From the NCBI GenBank assembly GCA_963741205.1, contig CAVUHW010000003.1, positions 1 through 18,812 on the forward strand: DNA of 18,812 bases, written 5' to 3'. The first letter of the stretch is position 1. Every line of letters starts with the position of its first letter. The stretch is from Nitrospirota bacterium. GTDB taxonomy: Bacteria; Nitrospirota; UBA9217. Position numbers and translations under genes: made by a program. This document shows positions 17,512-18,812 of this stretch, in pieces. Below the pieces are notes generated by a model. The model was not told the DNA's origin. It searched no databases and saw nothing but the letters and a program-made list of their open reading frames with translations.

Positions 17512-18587
17512 CTATCCCAGCTTCCCGAAGGGACAGACCGGGTACCTGCACACGTCGCATTTCATACACAGACCCCCATGGCCGAGAGCTCAACCTCTTT
17601 CCGTCCGATTTTCTCATTGGCAAGAACACGGGGTAGGATCAGATCGAAGATCGTGGTTTTCGCGTACATGCCGCAGGCGGGGATGCCGATTATCGGAATG
17701 GAATCGAGATAGGCGATAAGGAACATGGCTCCGGCAGAACGGCAGAGCCATAAGTATATCCGCAGCGCCGAGTTCCCTGATCGCGAACCGCGTTACGTCA
17801 TCGGGATCAACGGACATTCCTCCCGTGGTGATCAACAGATCAGCCCCGGCATTCAACAATTCCCGGAGCCTGTCTACGATGAAAGCCTTATCGTCCGGCG
17901 CGAAGTAGACCCCGCCAGCTCCCCACCGACTTCTTCTATTTTTTTCGTAATGACCGGTGCGAATGCGTCCTTGATCCTGCCGTGATAGACTTCATTCCCG
18001 GTTATAACGACGCCCACACGCGGTTTGCGAATCTCCCTCACCGCAATGATACCGGCCTGACGCGAGTGACGAGCAGTTTCCCCGATTCGAACAGCCTGGT
18101 CAACCACATCCTTCTTTACTACCAGAGGTATTGCCCTGGTGCCCGCGACTGTCCGGCCTTTTTTCACGACGGTATTGTCATGGAGTGTTGCGCACATGAC
18201 CTCGCCGAGCATATTGAACTCAAGGAGGGCCTCCCGGTCTATCTTGAGCAGTCCGTCCCGCTCGGCGACGATGTTGATCTTCCCCTCCTTCGGCTCGCCC
18301 TTGATCGCTACGCCATCGCCTAGGAGCGCCCTGGCGAGAGCGTATGCTGCGTCGTTTTCGTGCATTTCGTCATCAGCGACCTGAAGCACGAAGAGGTGTT
18401 CCTTGCCGAGCCGCTGAAGGTGACACAGGTCTTCTTCTTTGATGATATGCCCTTTTTTGAACGCACGACCTTTGAACTCTCCGGGACGTATCTCCGTAAT
18501 GTCGTGAGCGAGTACTGTCCCCACGGCCTGGCTGACGGGTATTGCCTTCATGGTGGAACCATGGTTTTCATGCGCGTCATCACACAT
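17512..18587 (-). CDS. MoeA-like molybdopterin-binding protein with a C-terminal Cys cluster; four apparent one-base deletions (about 17912, 17755, 17732, 17590)
   Basis: AVGTVLAHDITEI, TGNEV, TTGGMSVDPDDVT, restored YGSAVLPGAMF...GIPACG and GHGGLCMKCDVCRYPVCPFGK. Confidence 0.88.
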
Positions 18588-18810
18588 GGGACCCTCCCTT
18601 GAATATCGTCCTGAAACGTTCATCAACGAACTCTTGAATGCCTTTTTCCAACGCTTCGTATTTCTTCAAAAACTCGCGAGCGTCATTGGTGAGAATTGCA
18701 CCGCCGCCGTTCTTGCCCCCGGTCTGCCGCTCCACTAGCTTGACGCCCAGCCGGTCCTCCATCGCTTTTATATGGCTCCATGCCTTGCGAAAGGAGATAT
18801 CGACTTCCTG
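18580..18810 (-). CDS. modE: ModE-family winged-helix regulator, HTH only, 5'-truncated by the window edge
   Basis: ISFRKAWSHIKAMEDRLGVKLVERQTGGKNGGGAILT; stops with no Mop/TOBE domain. Confidence 0.85.
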   Translation of the reverse strand, partial: QEVDISFRKAWSHIKAMEDRLGVKLVERQTGGKNGGGAILTNDAREFLKKYEALEKGIQEFVDERFRTIFKGGSHV

Positions 18811-18812
18811 CG

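Overview
Mosaic accessory region, almost all genes on the - strand, with many single-base indels that look like long-read errors. Bases 1-750 are GC-rich and Alphaproteobacteria-like (palindromic repeat plus a RelE/ParE toxin-antitoxin pair) and join abruptly to DNA resembling an anaerobic Desulfobacterota/Nitrospirota-type genome. Next come aqpZ (inside degenerate integron-type att sites), an MltF-like lytic transglycosylase and an MscS channel. These are followed by an IS3 stub, two direct copies of a tRNA-Arg(CCT) 3' half with attP-like arms around a 1518-bp integrase-less mini-island (DUF3015 plus an EEP fragment), and an intact IS4-family element with a 9-bp target duplication. The right half carries a modE-like HTH gene, a moeA-like gene and a TorD chaperone + Fe-S subunit + DMSO-reductase-family catalytic subunit operon. 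It continues into an ECF sigma factor with no recognisable anti-sigma gene, then SHOCT, Cys/Met-rich, DGC, Cys-rich and MddA/Nurim-like methyltransferase genes. The best candidate for a new system is the molybdoenzyme. It has no membrane-anchor gene, its Fe-S subunit has lost exactly the four ligands of the membrane-proximal cluster FS4, and FS0 has an Asp in place of a Cys ligand. All family assignments come from recognised motifs, not database searches.
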